DNA of 64,000 nucleotides, taken from the NCBI RefSeq assembly GCF_009914755.1, contig NC_060929.1; one strand, given 5' to 3'. Position numbers and translations under genes: made by a program. The DNA is from the human T2T-CHM13v2.0 reference genome, Homo sapiens. Shown piece after piece: positions 39,940 to 54,996 of the stretch. Under the pieces are notes generated by a model. That model was not told the DNA's origin. It saw only the letters and a list, made by a program, of their open reading frames with translations, and did not search any database. The stretch's first letter is position 1; every line of letters starts with the position of its first letter.

Positions 39940-40945
39940 TGTTTAATGCACCAAAGGACACTATATACAGAGTCAAAGACAACCCATGGAATGGGAAAAC
40001 ATATTTATAGATTATATACCTGATGAGATATTCATGTCCAGAATATATAAGAATGCCTGATATTCAACAACAAAACCACAAACAACATGATTTAAAAAAA
40101 ATGGAGAAAGAACCTGAATAGACATTTCTCTAAAGAAGATATACATAACAAGTAAGTACATAAAAAGATGCTCAACATCACTAATTATTTTAAAGTGCAA
40201 ATCAAAACCACAATAAGATATCACATCCATTAGGATAGCTATTATCACACACACACACACACAAAAGAAAAACAAGAAAATCACAAGTGTTGGCAAAAAA
40301 TGTGAATAAATTGAAACCACTGTGTATTGCCAGTGAGAACATTAAATGATGCAGACACTACAGAAAATGGTATGGCAGTTTATCAAAATAAAACATAGAA
40401 TAACAATATGATTCAGCAATTCCTCTTGTGGGTACACATCCAAAACAATTGAAAACAGGCAATCAAATAGATATTTGTATCCCTATGTTAATTGTAGCAC
40501 TATTCGGGATAGCCAAAAGATGAACACAATCCTAGTATCTATTGATGACTGGATAAACAAAATGCGGAATATTCCTCAGCCTTAAAAGGAAGGAAATTTT
40601 GAGCTATACTACAACATGGATGAACCTTGAGCTCATTATGCTAAGTGAAATAAGACAGTCACAAAAGGACAAACATTGTATTATTCTACTTATATTAGGT
40701 GCCTAGAGTAATCAAATTCATAAAAATAGAAATTAGAATGGTGGTTTCTAGGGACTGCTGGGAGGTTGGAATGATGAGTTATTGATTACTGGGTACGGAG
40801 TTTCAGTTTGAGAAGATGAAAAGTTCTAGAGACAGATGGTGGGGATAATTGCATAACAATATAAATGTACTTAATGCCCCTGAACTATACACTTAAAAGT
40901 GGCTAAAATTGTACATTTATGTTATGCATATTTTACTACCTAAAA
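39940..40945 (+). mobile_element. L1MB 3' end nested in older L1
   Basis: GACATTTCTCTAAAGAAGATATAC...ATGGATGAACCTTGAG...AATGTACTTAATGCCCCTGAAC. Confidence 0.85.
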
Positions 40946-42336
40946 GATGTAAAACTTTAAAACTTCAAAATTTGTCAAAATACATAAACCGACAGATGTG
41001 AGAACCTTAGCTAATCCTGTATAAATAAACCCAAAGAAATGCACACCAACACATCATAAACAAGCCTCTGAGAAACAAAAGCTAGGAAGTTATCTTCAAA
41101 ATAGCCAGAGAGAAATGATGTACTACACATAGAAGGATGTCAATCAAGTTGAATGACAGATATATCATCTGAAACCATGGAGGGCAAAAGGAAATGGCAC
41201 AATACTTTTAAGCACTAAAAGAAAAGAACTGTCAGTACTGAATCATATATCCAGCAAAACTATTCTCCTGGAATAAAATGAAAATATATACAACCTCAGA
41301 TGAAGGGAAGCTAAGAGAACCTGTTTCTATCAGATGTACCCAAAGAAAGGTCAAATAAAAGCTCTCCAAACAAAATGACAACAGAGACAGCTGAACACTT
41401 CAAAGAAAACAGGAACAACAGAATGAGTAAAAATAGAGATAAACATAATAAGCTGCTTTTGCCTCACGAGATTCCTCACTTACATCTTATGTTTGAAGCA
41501 AAAGATAAAACACCATCTGACATGTTGCTCAATGTATATAGATGTTATATTTAAGACAATTACACATAGAAAGTGGGGAGGATAAAAGGTCCTAAATGAA
41601 AGTAAAGTTTTTATATTTCAAAATGATAGCGTCAAAATTAGTAGGCTGTGTTAAATTACATATTTATATGGGAATACCTAGACCAATCACTAGACAACTA
41701 AACAAAATAATGTACTCAAAAAAACTACAACGGACATCCAAAATGTTCAAGTAACCTACAGAGTGGCAAGAATAAAAAGACACAGGGCACAGACAGACAA
41801 TAACAAATAACAAGCAAACTTAAGCACTGACATATCAATAATTACTTTAAATGTAAATGGTCTAAATATACCAAATAAAATATATTGTCGAAGTAAATTT
41901 AAAAATTACTCAAATATATGATATTTATTGAAAACCCACTTCAAACATAATGATATAATTAAGTTGAATATAAAAGGGTGGAAAATGTATTATGTAAAAT
42001 TAAGTTTTATAAAGCCTGAGTAACTATGTTAATATCAGGTAAAGTAGATTTCAAAGCAAAGAAAATTATTAGGGCCAAGGATAAATCTGTCAAGAAAATG
42101 TAGCAACCCTACAAGTGTATGAACCAAACAACAGAACTTCAAGTGACATGAAGCAAATATTAATAAAGCTGAATGAAGAAGCAGACAAACTCACAACTAT
42201 AGTTTGTCTATGTAAACTCAATTTGTATAGACAAATTCGCAGCAATTGATACAACTATTAGGAAGAAAATCAGCATGGGTATAAAAAAAAGCTGAACATC
42301 ACCATCAATCAACAAGATCCAACAGCAGAACACTCA

Positions 42337-42495
42337 TAAGCCAGACACAGAGAGACAGACATCACATGTCCTCACTTACATGTGGGATTTAAAAATCAAA
42401 ACAATTGAACTCAAGAACATAGAGAGTAGAATGATGGTTACCAGAGGCTGGAAAGTGTTGGGGGAGTGGGGATTGGGGATGGTTAATGGGCACAC
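42337..42495 (+). mobile_element. L1MA 3'UTR fragment
   Basis: AAAACAATTGAACTC...AGAGAGTAGAATGATGGTTACCAGAGGCTGG. Confidence 0.75.
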
Positions 42496-43268
42496 TTTTA
42501 AAAAAATACCTATAGAAAATTTACCAAAACAGAACATGTCCTAGGTCATAAAACAGGCTTTCTCAACCTTAGTAAAACATCTACCAAGAAATAAAACAAA
42601 ACAAAAAACTACAACTAACATCATATTTTGTGAAAGACTGAATGCTTTATCACTAATATTGGAAACAAGTTAAGAATATTCATTCTCACTATACTTACTT
42701 AACATAATACGAGAAGTTCTAGCTGTGGCAATAGGGCAAGAAAAGGAAATAAAAGGTATACAAATTAAAAATGAATAAATAAAACTCCCTCTACTTCCCA
42801 ATTGCATGATTGCACTCTACACAACTATAGTATAATACCAAAAATAAAAGTTAACTTTGATATAATCCATGGTTTATTCAGATTTCACCAGTTATTCATG
42901 CACTTCTGTGTGTGTGTGTGTGTGTGTTTGTGTGTGTGTATCTCTATGCAATTTTATCACATGCGTAACCTTGTGTTACCACCATCCCAGTTAATATACT
43001 AGAATACACCATCACAAAACTCCCTCATGTTACCTTTTTATAACCACACCTATCCTTTCTCCTGCATGTAAACCCTGGGACCACTAATGTGTTTACCTCT
43101 ATCATTGTTATTTCTTTGTTGTTTGTTCGATTCTGCTTTTGTTGTTGTTTCAGTCTTTTTCCCATTGGATTTGACCAATTCTATCCAACTTGATCAAATC
43201 TAAAGGAAAGTTCCAAATTATAGGAAACAAGGCCTCTAAAGTGGCTAAATTCTACACCACCCCCACAA

Positions 43269-43314
<46 letters not shown>

Positions 43315-44610
43315 AGACACATACAAAGGTGGGATAGTGGGAGAATAAAACAGCCAACAAAAGAAAAAAAAAGAGAGATTTTTTTTTATTTTGACTACTT
43401 AAGGAGATTTATTTACATAACAAGGCCACCTTTTTGCTAGCCAAGCCAAAGTGAAAGAAATGGTTGTCCCCCTTCACACTGCAGTTCAATAGCTAAGGTT
43501 CTGCCTTCTTTTTTTCCACCATGACAGCCTAGGTTTGGTTCCTAAATCAAGCCCTTTCTGGTGTGATGCTTGGTACTTCTGAAATAAGGGCAATTTTTCC
43601 TAGCTGAAATATAGTAATGAGATTTAAAAAGATTTTTTTAAGGAGCTTGATGGTTAAAAGTCAGCTTAATTAAAAGCTAACATTCAAGATGTGTGTTTGT
43701 ATGTGTGCATGTGTGTGTTTGCATTTAAAAGGTCTTCATGGTTTTATTTCTGTTTCTGTTTTTGTTTTTTAGAGAAAAAAGGACCTTGTCCTTTTTTTGA
43801 GCAAAAGTTTTTTTCTTCTCAGTTGACTGAATTATATTTTCTTTATTAATAGCTATTGCAACAGAGGCTGCCCTGGGGTTTTTAAAGGAAGAGTGCAGTT
43901 AGACACTCTGTTAAAAAAATTATTTTGTTAAGTGCACCATAAAAGCATTATGTGGTCTAACCTCAAAATAATTCTCCATTTTGGAAGACCCAGGATTCAG
44001 AGTAGCCTATGCCCAGAGCTCAGAGATCCAGTTAAAAGATCGGTAGTCCCCATCTAAATGAAACTGGTCTCCTTCTACAATCCTATGATAGATTTCTACA
44101 ATTTTAAGTTTGATTTGGCATCCATCTTTAATCTCCCTCTAGCACCACCAGACTTTTTCTGTGTACATTCTGACGTACATTTGCTATTTGATTTTCACCT
44201 GAGTTGTTTCCTTTAATACGAAAATTTAAGGCTATTTAGCTGAAAAATGCCTGGGGTTGTGAAACAGGTTATCAGGAATCTGAAAGTCTAAGGAGAAACA
44301 AAAAAGGTCTTTAGGAATCTATAAGATGTACTTCTATTGGCATGGCTGATACATCTGTGTAGTTATGTGTTGTGCACACAATGTTTCACTAGTGAAAATA
44401 CATAAAAGAACTCCAATTAATTGGCTTGCAGAAAAATAAAAGTGCTTAAATCAAATACTTTATCAGAAAAAGGAAAGACTAGTCAAATGTTTTTTCAAGT
44501 TTATGTGACTTAAGTAAAATCTTTAATAAATAAGCTAGCTTTAAAATTATTGGTAAAGTAATATTAGAAATGTCTTAAGAATTTCCAACATACATTTTTG
44601 TTTACATTTA

Positions 44611-45054
<444 letters not shown>

Positions 45055-46949
45055 TAAGACATTGATACTGGTTTAATAAAAAATATCTACATCTTGAATT
45101 TAGTAAGATTACCATAACTTTGCATCTTGTGGCTTTAGGCAGTCAAGTCCACAGTCATTATGGAGGTTTGTTTTGAGAAAGGACTGTTATTGTTTTTGTT
45201 TCAAAGCTAAACTATAAACTAAGTTCCTCCCAAAGTCCAGGAATAAACAAGGACAGCTTGGAGGTTAGAAGCAAGATGAAGTCAGTTAGGTCATATCTTT
45301 TTCACTGTCTCAGTTATAATTTTACAATGGCAGTTTCATAACTTTAAATCATGGCTATTGGAGTTTTCGTAAATAATCTAGGCAAACAATTAAAATAATT
45401 TGGTAAATGTAATGGGATAAATACTTGTACACAAACTTGTTATAATTTAGAATATAAAGTTATATTAAATAATAGATACTTCATTGAGTATTTTCCAATA
45501 AAAATATATTGTAGGAAAACATTCTTGCTTAAAAAAAGTGTGTCCTTTTTAAAAAAAGATGAACAAGTTTTGTCTAATTCAAAGCTTATTTGTATTTATG
45601 TATAAAACAAGGTGAAGGAACCCAGAAATAAGAAAGATGTAAAGAAAGTTATAAAAATAAAGAGGTTTTTTTTGTGTGGTAAGAAAGCTTAAAGAGAAAT
45701 AATTGTATATGAGAAAGAATCTTGTATGGTAAATGTAGTCCTAAAATAGAAAGACTGGTTGTTTAAGAAAAAGGGATGTACAGGACAAACCAGAAAGTCC
45801 AAGCATATCATGAATGGTCTGTGTAAGTCATAATAAGAGGATTTATTAACAAAAATATAACAAAACAAAACAAAACAAATTTAAATGATTAAGTTGTTTA
45901 TAATTAAAGGGAAATTATAATGCTCTTTCTAGAGATTGGGCTTGATGTAAAAAAATCCTTATACACCAAACTATTGGTTACAACATGAAATTTTCTTAAG
46001 AGGTTGATTTTCTCTTAACAAATTATAAGAGATTTTAATTTCTTTTTAACCCAAAGTTCAACTTTTATTGAATCTCATTGTTTTTCAGCTTTCTCTACCC
46101 TTTTAAAAGACATGTTTTATTAAAGGTCTAAAGAAATTTTATTCTTCCAATACAATATTCTGTGCACTGCACAAGGTTTTTTATTTGCCTTTTGGTAACT
46201 GGCCTAACAGGTTTTATGTTTTATCGAAATAAATTCTATGCCATTATTATTAAGTTTGGTTTGCTTGGGAAAAACTGAGATTTATTTTTTTAATTAATGT
46301 TATTACATCCATGTATCTTTCTGTATGTGCTTTTAAAATACTTGTGACATTAAGTTACACTGCTTTGACTCCTAGGTCTGAAAAGGACATGAAGTCTTGT
46401 GAAATCTTAAACACTGACAGCAAGTGAAGCCTCATCTTCAGGCCCCACAGAAGATGCCAATCAAAATAAACTGCATTCCTGAGACACAAGGCCAGAAATT
46501 AAAGCCAACTCCTCAAGGCCCAGGGCATGTGAGAAGAAGAGGTGGACATGTGAAATTGTAAAGCTCAATTTCAAGAGATAAAATAAGTTAAGTTTCTCTA
46601 TAAATTAATGATTAATGTCAAAGCACACTGATGCAAGACCAGCATATGGAGCCCTGTATCAGATTAACAAGGTTTTCTTGAAGCATTAACCAATTTCTTA
46701 ATAAAGGTTATAAAGGCTTATGAAGTTATAGCTTGTGATCAATATTAAAATTTTATAGATTGTTTACAAAATTTTGAAAAACATTTAATTGACTTCATCC
46801 TGTTTTTATTAGGGCTTCTTGTTTGGAAAATTAAGTCTCTCCTCTCAAAGAATGAAGATTTTTGCTTTTTTAAAAAAATGCTTGAGTTATCATTTGATTA
46901 AATGAATGACTCTACAATGGCCTGAAGTCCTATTTTGTGATATCAAGTG

Positions 46950-47243
46950 TTTTTTTTTTTTTTTGAGATGGAGTCTCACTCTGTCACCCAGGCTAGAGAG
47001 CAGTGGTGCAATCTCAGCTCACTGCAAGCTCCGCCTCCCAGTTCACGCCCTTCTCCTGCCTCAGCCTCCCGAGTGCTGGGACTACAGGCACCCACAACCA
47101 CGCCTGGCTAATTTTTTGTATTTTTAGTAGAGATGGGGTTTCACCGTGTTAGCCAGGATGATCTCGATCTCCTGACCTTGTGATCCACCTGCCTCAGCCT
47201 CCTAAAGTGCTGGGATTACAGGCGTGAGCCACCACACCCAGTC
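46950..47243 (-). mobile_element. AluY
   Basis: TGCAAGCTCCGCCTCC and GTTAGCCAGGATG diagnostics; TSD GATATCAA(G/A)TGTTTT. Confidence 0.92.
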
Positions 47244-49115
47244 GATATCAAATGTTTTAAATCTTTCATATTTGATAAACTTTCCAAAATCAAATTATAA
47301 ATTATGTATGTCTTTTTCTTAATTAATCCTTTAAGATATTAGGTTCCCTAAAGTCCAAAAATGACATAATTTGGCTTATTTAGTATAAAAATTATCAGGA
47401 AGCATTGTCAAATATGAAATGCTGTTTGGTTTTTTTGGGGCTGTATTTGTATAAATATTGGTGTGTGTTCCAAAATTATGGGAAACACCTGTAATTCTGA
47501 TATGACTTAGCATCAGTAATTATCATAATTGTTATGTTAAAATTATTGTGTGACACAGAGGTAACAAGTTTCCTCATCAATTATGTCTTTGTCTATGTCT
47601 GGCCTAAAATGTTTTGCTATCCATGGACAATTGTTGTCTTGTTTTGGTCTTCTTTAGAAGGTGGTTTTATAATCAGCTACAAAACTCTAACGGGTGCTCA
47701 TGAACGCAGGTTTCTGATAACTTTGGAGATTGTGACATCAGAATAGAGGAAAAATTTTCAGGACTCATGGACAGCTAAAATGTTCATGAGTATCAAGCAG
47801 AACAGGAATTAACTGTATGGACTGAACCAATCTTTTTGACTTTTTGCCTAAAATGTGGCTAATCCTTTTTTTTATTTTTCAGAGTCTTGAAACCTCTCTT
47901 TTGAGCTATTGACAGTTTTTAGCAATTTATTATACTCCTATTAAATTTGGGGCATATTTGTTTCTCTCTACCTGATTTATCCAGATCTGGAAACTATTTG
48001 TGAGTATTCTTAACTTATGGCAATACAGTTATTTGCATAAGTGCAATAAGAATCTGTTTTCATTTGTAGCAGGATACAATTGGAGGAAATGATTATTTTA
48101 TCAAAGCTTTGACTGGAATGGTGTGCTTTCCTTTAAGGATTCAAACTTGACATATGAAGCCAATAAAGCCCTTGGAAAAACTGGCCTCATATTTTGTGTA
48201 TCCAGTCCTGCACAGGGTCTCTGACCTGTGGTAAGTAAAGAACGTCACGTTCCAACAGGCCTAGAAATACTAGGTTTATCTTGGGACCTCAAAAGGGGAG
48301 GAAACTCACCCAACTCATAGGTATTTGATGGTACAAATCCATGACTGGAATCAGCATTTAAAAAATCTTATCTGACATTCCTTCTATGGAATAAAGTTTC
48401 ATCAAAGCCAATTTTTAAAATGCCTATGTGAAAAATAATTATTCTTTCTGCACTTTATATAAATAATCTGGCCAAGTATAATAAAGAAAATTGGTCCTAC
48501 CATGATTTGTTCTTAGTAAAAATAGAAAACTGGAGAGAACAAAACTATGTTTCAAAAACTATAGGACGCCTGTTGTTAGATTCTAGTCTTGCCTAATCTT
48601 TTTCAATTCTTCTTATTTTCTACAGTTTGGACTGAATTCTAATTTTTCTTGGGTACAATTCTTCAAAATAATGTTTTCAATTTTTTTCCTCTCTTTTTTT
48701 GCATTTTTTAAAATTTGGAGTCACTGAAAACTAAGCTGTGGTTTCTTAAAGCCCTGCAAACTGAATCCAGACAACTTAAACTTCAGAAGAAAGTAACAGC
48801 AATCGATTTACATATATAAGCCACTTTCATACCTGCCTAGTGATGTATAGACTTCAGAGTAATGTGGCCTATATCATTTTCCAGGATTGTTCTTTTATTT
48901 GTTGTTGTTTTTCTCCCTTCCTCCCACTATTTTCTCTTCATAGGACATGAGACTTCATAACTTTCTAAAAATGAACTTTCCTGATAACTCTAGACCTATC
49001 TGTACAGCAATAAACCATCCTAGCCATGAGAGATAAGATGAGACCTGGGACCAGAGACTCATTTTCTTCTAAAATCCTTTCTCAAAAAGATTTTTTAAAA
49101 GAAAAGAGGGGGAAA

Positions 49116-49583
49116 TGTAAAAGGAAAATATCTTGGGCCCTCAAAATTACTAAGCTAAAGGGAAAAACTCAAGCTGGGAAATACTTAGGGAAAATCTGCC
49201 TCCCATTCTATTCAAAGTTATTGTTCTGCTCACTCAGATAAATGCATATCTGATTGCCTCCATTGGAAAGGCCAATCAGAAACTCAAAAGAATGCAACCA
49301 TTTGTCTTTTAGCTATCTATGACCTGGAAGCCCCCTCCCCACTTCGAGTGTTTCTATGTTTGCTTCAAGTTTTCTTACCTTTCCAGACTAAACCAATGTA
49401 CTTCTTACATATATTGATTGATGACTCATGTCTTCCTAAAATGTACAAAACCAAGCTGTGCCCCAACCACCATGGACACATGTCAGGATTTCCTGAGGCT
49501 GTGTCATGGGTGTGTGTCCTTAACCTTGGCAAAATAAAATATCTAAATTAACTGAGACCTGTCTCAGATTCTCCGAGTCCACA
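49116..49583 (+). mobile_element. MER4A/MER4A1 3' LTR
   Basis: TGTAAAAGGAAAATATCTTGGG...CTAAGCTAAAGGGAAA...GATAAATGCATATCTGATTGCCTCC...GAGACCTGTCTCAGA...CACA. Confidence 0.85.
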
Positions 49584-50479
49584 AAAGACACCCATTTAGA
49601 GTAGGTGAGGGTAACATATACTATTTGAAGCATGTTAGATGAATGTATGGGTTTGTGCTCAGAAGCCAAAAATGAAATACATAAACTTGAAAGTTGTCAG
49701 TGGAGGGATGACTATGGGTGCAGCTATTAGATTGCCTAGGAAAAGAAAGCATGGAGTGATAAATGAAGAGGAGCTGGGGCAGAGCCTAAGGACATTGTTT
49801 AAAGTTCAGAAAGTCAGGAAAAAGAAGATTAAATTGCAAATGAAATGAAGAAAGAGAGGCTGGCAGTGTGGGAAATCAGAATATGTAAATTTAAGCCAGA
49901 TTGAACATAGGAAATGTAAGGTCTTTGAATGATTACTTTATTCTCCAAATCAGGTAGAATTTGAGGAGCATTAAGGACAAAGTGGAAAGTATATCCTCCA
50001 CTGGAATAGAATTGCCAGTTTTGTTCCCTTCCAATATAAGGCAGCCCAGAGAAGAGGTTCGTCATGACTGAACTTGTTTGTCCTGCATTGTATTACACCG
50101 AGAAGAATGCCCTGACTAGACAGGAGAATGTCTGTGTTGTGTCTTAAGATTAGTTTGCACCTTTTAAGTAGCACCACACTTGCTCTGTTATTATTTTTCA
50201 CTTCAATAGATTTCTACTTGACTTAATAAAAACAAGAGAAAATAGGGCCTTATTTGGCTATAACCTTTTTTCTGGAAATGTTTTAACTATTCTGTGGTCT
50301 CCATGCTACAAGAAAACCAAATATATAAAAACTCATATATAGAAATATGCTTATAAATAAATATATGCCAGTTCTGCAAAGAACTTAAAATATACCGGGC
50401 CATAGTTAGCTATTTTTATCAGCCTCCTCATTAGACTGTGTTATACAGACATCATCACCAACAGCGTCATCCTTATCAT

Positions 50480-50720
50480 AGCTTACATGACTTGAGTGTT
50501 TACTATGTTCCAATGTTCCAGGTACTATGCTAAATTCTTTATATAATATTTTGTTTAAATCCCAAAGATGTCATTAGGTATTGTGAATTTTTAAGTCTCT
50601 GTTTTATAGATGATGCAATAAAGACTTGATGGTAAGTAACTTGTTCAAGTTCCCAGACCTAGTAAAATGTCAAAGTGGGGTTTCAAAACCACATGCCCAA
50701 GATCTTAACCATTATATAAT
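50480..50720 (-). mobile_element. MIR
   Basis: TTTACTATGTTCC...CCAGGTACTATGCTAA...TTTTATAGATGA...TAAGTAACTTGTTCAAG. Confidence 0.7.
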
Positions 50721-51544
50721 ACAACCTTTCCAAATACAAGTAAACCATGTTTTATTTTAAAACGTTTTGCCTGACACACACTATTAGAACTCTAATGGAA
50801 ATATAATGACGTGGGGTATGTGTTAACTGTGTACAAATATAGGGCACATCTCAAGCTCACTGAGATTCACTTCTTTTTGAGAGAACACAGTAATTATGAT
50901 CTGAAGTTCAAGCACTGCAAGAATGAAATTTGAAAATGAAGCCACAGGGTGGATGTGGCTAATATTGAAGACATGACTTGGAATATATGGCCTGGAAATG
51001 GAATTCATATTTTTTCAAGCAAAGAAAGGGAGAGCCAAGAGCCAGGATGGTGATCAGTTAGAACCCAAGGCTTTGACTCAGAATGGGACCCTTCACAAAT
51101 TTGTGAGGACCGGACACAAAGAGAACACAAAGAGAATTGCCTAGATTGACATCTGCTAGACACCTCTGTGACTCATACCACTGGAAAGGTGGTCATCTCT
51201 ATTTCAGTAATCAATAATGTCCATAACATCAATGGCACCTTTAGAGTAAGCAAGAAAGAGGAGTTCTACTTATTTAAAATCATGTAAACATAGTTCTTTC
51301 CCATCCTCAAAATGACCTCACATGGAAAAAGAAAAAGTTAACTTTCAATTCTTGAGAAAGTTTTGTTTTAAGAAAGAAAATTTTGAGATTTTCCCTTAAA
51401 ATTGATTTTTATTGCAAAGTCTTTGAAATTAAAACAAAAAACTACCATAAATCAAATCTCACTTTTCCTTCACTATGGTAGCAAATCATATTTTAAACTA
51501 AACAATTGATAAATATACTTTTGTAGTCATTTTGCAGTCATTTT

Positions 51545-52020
51545 TACAGAGTCCAAACAGGAAAACATAATCCACATTAATTACAATGGAGGGTATCTTA
51601 ATGCCGGGGACTGTTTACATGGGTAATAGAAGACTGAGGCCACCTAGAATTAGCAACAAAAGGAAATCATTAACACCCCTGGGATGGAAATTCAAAGAGA
51701 GAGGATGATGTTATTTGAATCCCAGAGCCAGAGTCACCTGATAGAATCTGGAATCCCATGGGCCTCATGAGTAGAAGCAGGATTCACAGAGATATATGGG
51801 AAAATGCTGCACAGGACAAATAGGAGGGAAAGAAGTGTCCTGGCTTTTTCCTTTGTTCACTCTCAAATATTCTGCTGGTGCTTCCTGCTGACAAGTCCTA
51901 GTCTGAAGCCAGTTGTCATGGGTGCCTGGGAATTGCAGTCTCTAGAAGCCAGCTTTCCTGTAATACAGAAGTGAGCAGAGGAAGAAAGAATCTAAGGACA
52001 AACAAGCCCAGGATAGGCAG
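51545..52020 (-). mobile_element. Old ERVL-type LTR (LTR33/LTR41-like)
   Basis: General resemblance only. Confidence 0.4.
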
Positions 52021-52829
52021 AAGCCATGGTAGCAAGCACTATATTTAATAAACTATATTGTCCCACGTAGATAGTGTTTGTGATCAGAAATTAAGCCGTA
52101 GAATTCAAAAGTAGATATAGCTTTAGAGAAAATTAGATGAATTGTTCATTTAACAAGTATTATATTGGATATCTTTTGCGATTCTAATTTTAGAACCTGG
52201 GAATAAATACAAGAAGGATAAACAGCAAGCAAGTAAACAGTAAACAATAAAGAGTATATAAGACAGAGAAGTTTGCTGCTAATGGATGGTAAAGCCTTTG
52301 GGGAACATTTATTTTTGTGTACTCTGATTTGAATCATAAATTATCCTGGAGCTGGTTTTAGTTTCAACATTCAATTTATTTATCTTTAGGCTTGTGTTCA
52401 AAAATGCATTGCATCCAAATTGCATCTGTGACTTAGATTCCTAAAGGCAGTGACTAGAAGAGAAGGAAAAAGCATTGACAACTCAGTTTTACACCTGTAC
52501 TTTGTCCACATTATTTAAAGGGTAAAGCTAAGAGCTCAGCATGTTTTTCAGCCTACACATGCCTTTCAGCCTTCCCAGCACAATTTTATGGTTTCTCTTC
52601 TTCTTTTGGTCTATCTTTGATGTTTATTATAACTTGACTATAGTCCTATAAATATTTTTGGTACTTAGTATATATTCTTTCTGGTGAATATATTATTTTG
52701 TTAAAACAGAATCATAATACATGTGTTATTTTATAATCTCATTTTTTACTTAGGAATGTTGAACATCCCTCCACATTTTATACACACACACACAGACACA
52801 TATATACATGCATATACATTTACACTCAG

Positions 52830-53285
52830 TATTAAAAAGATAAACTAAGGTGCAATAAAATTTTAAAGAGCTTATTTGAGCAAACAGCAATTCTCTAATT
52901 GGACAGCTCCAACCTAGAATTCCACCAAGGAGCTCCACCAAGGAAACACAAAGAGGAGGCTTTTATACGATAAACACAAAAGTAAAACAAAGAAAATATT
53001 TGATTTATCACAGTTAAGACAGTCACCTTAATTGGTCTATCCCTTTAGAAATTCTCTACTTATATAGTTGTTGTATAATTATAAGGTTTTTGGTTGCTTC
53101 TGATTGGTTAAACTTAAGTTCTGTTTTTCTTTAACATAGGCATTTAGAAAAAAGTAGCTCAAATTAAGTTGCTTATGTTTGCAAATCTAGCAAGGTTAAG
53201 GTCACTCATGAGGTCTAACTGGCTTTGACTTCTCAGGGATTCTTCAGGCCTGATCTCCATTTTAATTTAACAAGAGAATTTAACA
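52830..53285 (-). mobile_element. ERV1 solo LTR (MER65-like) within an antisense L1M fragment
   Basis: TAAAATTTTAAAGAGCTTATTTGAGCAAACAGCAATTC, GGCTTTTATA, CTGATTGGTTAA, TTAATTTAACA. Confidence 0.6.
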
Positions 53286-54578
53286 ACAGATGTGTTTGTG
53301 TGTGTATACACATATATAATTATATGTGACTTAAATAAAGTATTATATATATAAATATATGCCATCATAATTTTAATAGCAGCACAGTTTTCCACTGTAT
53401 GGGTATGCTATTAATCAATGAAATAACTATTAATAAGTTTGGGTTCTAACTTTTTTGTCTAATTTTTAAAAATATGATGAGCATCTCTATTCCTGCATAA
53501 TTACACACTTTTTCAAGTTATTTCTGGGAATAAATATCCAGAAGTGTAATTGCTACATCAAAGGGGTTTTAATAATCGGTTTGGTGTACACTTTCTACAG
53601 TATAAAACAATACAAAAGATATCAATGACTGGAAACAACAGTTTATTTCTCACTTACACAGATTGAGGATAGCCTCTACTTGGGTTCTTGCAGGGGGAGA
53701 AGAGGTTGGCAACAATGAACTTTTTCACAAAACTTCTGGTCAGAAGTATCTCATATCACTTCTACTGACATTTTGGTGTCCAGATCAAGTTCTGCATCCA
53801 GTTGTAACTTCAAGAGGACAGAAAAGTAATCCTCCTGCAAGAAAGAGCTCTAAATTATAATTATTCTAGGGAGAGAAAACAAATATTTTGAACAACAATA
53901 TTACCAGAGGGACCCATATTTTCTTCTTTATGACAAAATTCATACTGCAATGATCATTACGGTTATTGTAAAAGAGGACATGGTTGCATGTTTCCCTGTA
54001 CAGAAAACAGATACTATGAAAGAAAAAAAGAATGTCATATGCTCCAATCCATTTCTAGCAGATAATTTAAAGCCACATTATAGAGAGGTAACATGAATGA
54101 AAGACCTTGTAGATATAAGTAACCCACTTGACAAATAAAATCTAGTCAAAACTTGACCACCACATATTTTCTATCCCAACAATTGCATGACCACAAACCA
54201 CAGTTTTTACCCCTAAATAATCATTGGTTTCTTGTCCAAATTTGTTCAGAGAGATTTGATTGTATACAGTAAAATTTAACCATGGAATGAGAAGCATTGT
54301 ATCAAACTTAAGAAAAAACCAACAAATAATCTATTGATGTATTTGGATCTATAGCCTCAAGTCACCTTTTTTCTTCTTGAAAAGATATGGGGATGACAGC
54401 ATAGTAAAGTAAATAAGGTTAAGATAATTAACAATTGATAGCCTCACCTAAATGAATGTATTAATAGAAGCATCTAGTCAGTCAAAGATAATTAAATATC
54501 TTGAGGTTTAAACCTAACCACTCTGAGAAAGGAATTTTTCTATTTAAATTTCAAATGGAAACACATAAATGGACAGAG

Positions 54579-54680
54579 AAAGCAAGAATGAAAAACCAGG
54601 AAGACCTAGGGGTCTTAGAAGTACATTAAAAAGCAAGAATGAAAAACCAGGAAGACCTAGGGGTCTTAGAAGTACATTAA
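54579..54680. repeat. Perfect 51-bp tandem duplication
   Basis: 54579-54629 identical to 54630-54680. Confidence 0.95.
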
Positions 54681-54996
54681 CAACTTTCTTGCTAATCTTG
54701 GATTGCCACAGTTTTGGCTGACAGTAGAAGGTGACATAAATCTTATTCAATGAGACACCATAATTTTTTACATTAAAGTAACAAAAGGAAAAGCTCTCTA
54801 CAAGTCTATGAAAAAATTATTCTAATAAAGAAATGCTTATCCAGGAACAGCTGTGTGGATGATATACTCAGAGACTGATTGAATAGCTTCTGCTTATAAA
54901 CCATGTATAAACCCTAACAGCAGATTAATATACAATACCCAAATCATTCTCCAGGAAACCCCATCAAGTGTACTACCTCCTCCAGAGTGGAGGTTA

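Larger units (their letters stand above)
38110..42800 (+). mobile_element. Old L1M (5' region/ORF1/ORF2 start) carrying nested insertions
   Basis: ORF1-like CTCAATAGCAGATT...GGAGTTCCAGAAG, AATAAACCCAAAGAAATGCACACC, ORF2 start AATAATTACTTTAAATGTAAATGGTCTAAAT. Confidence 0.7.
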
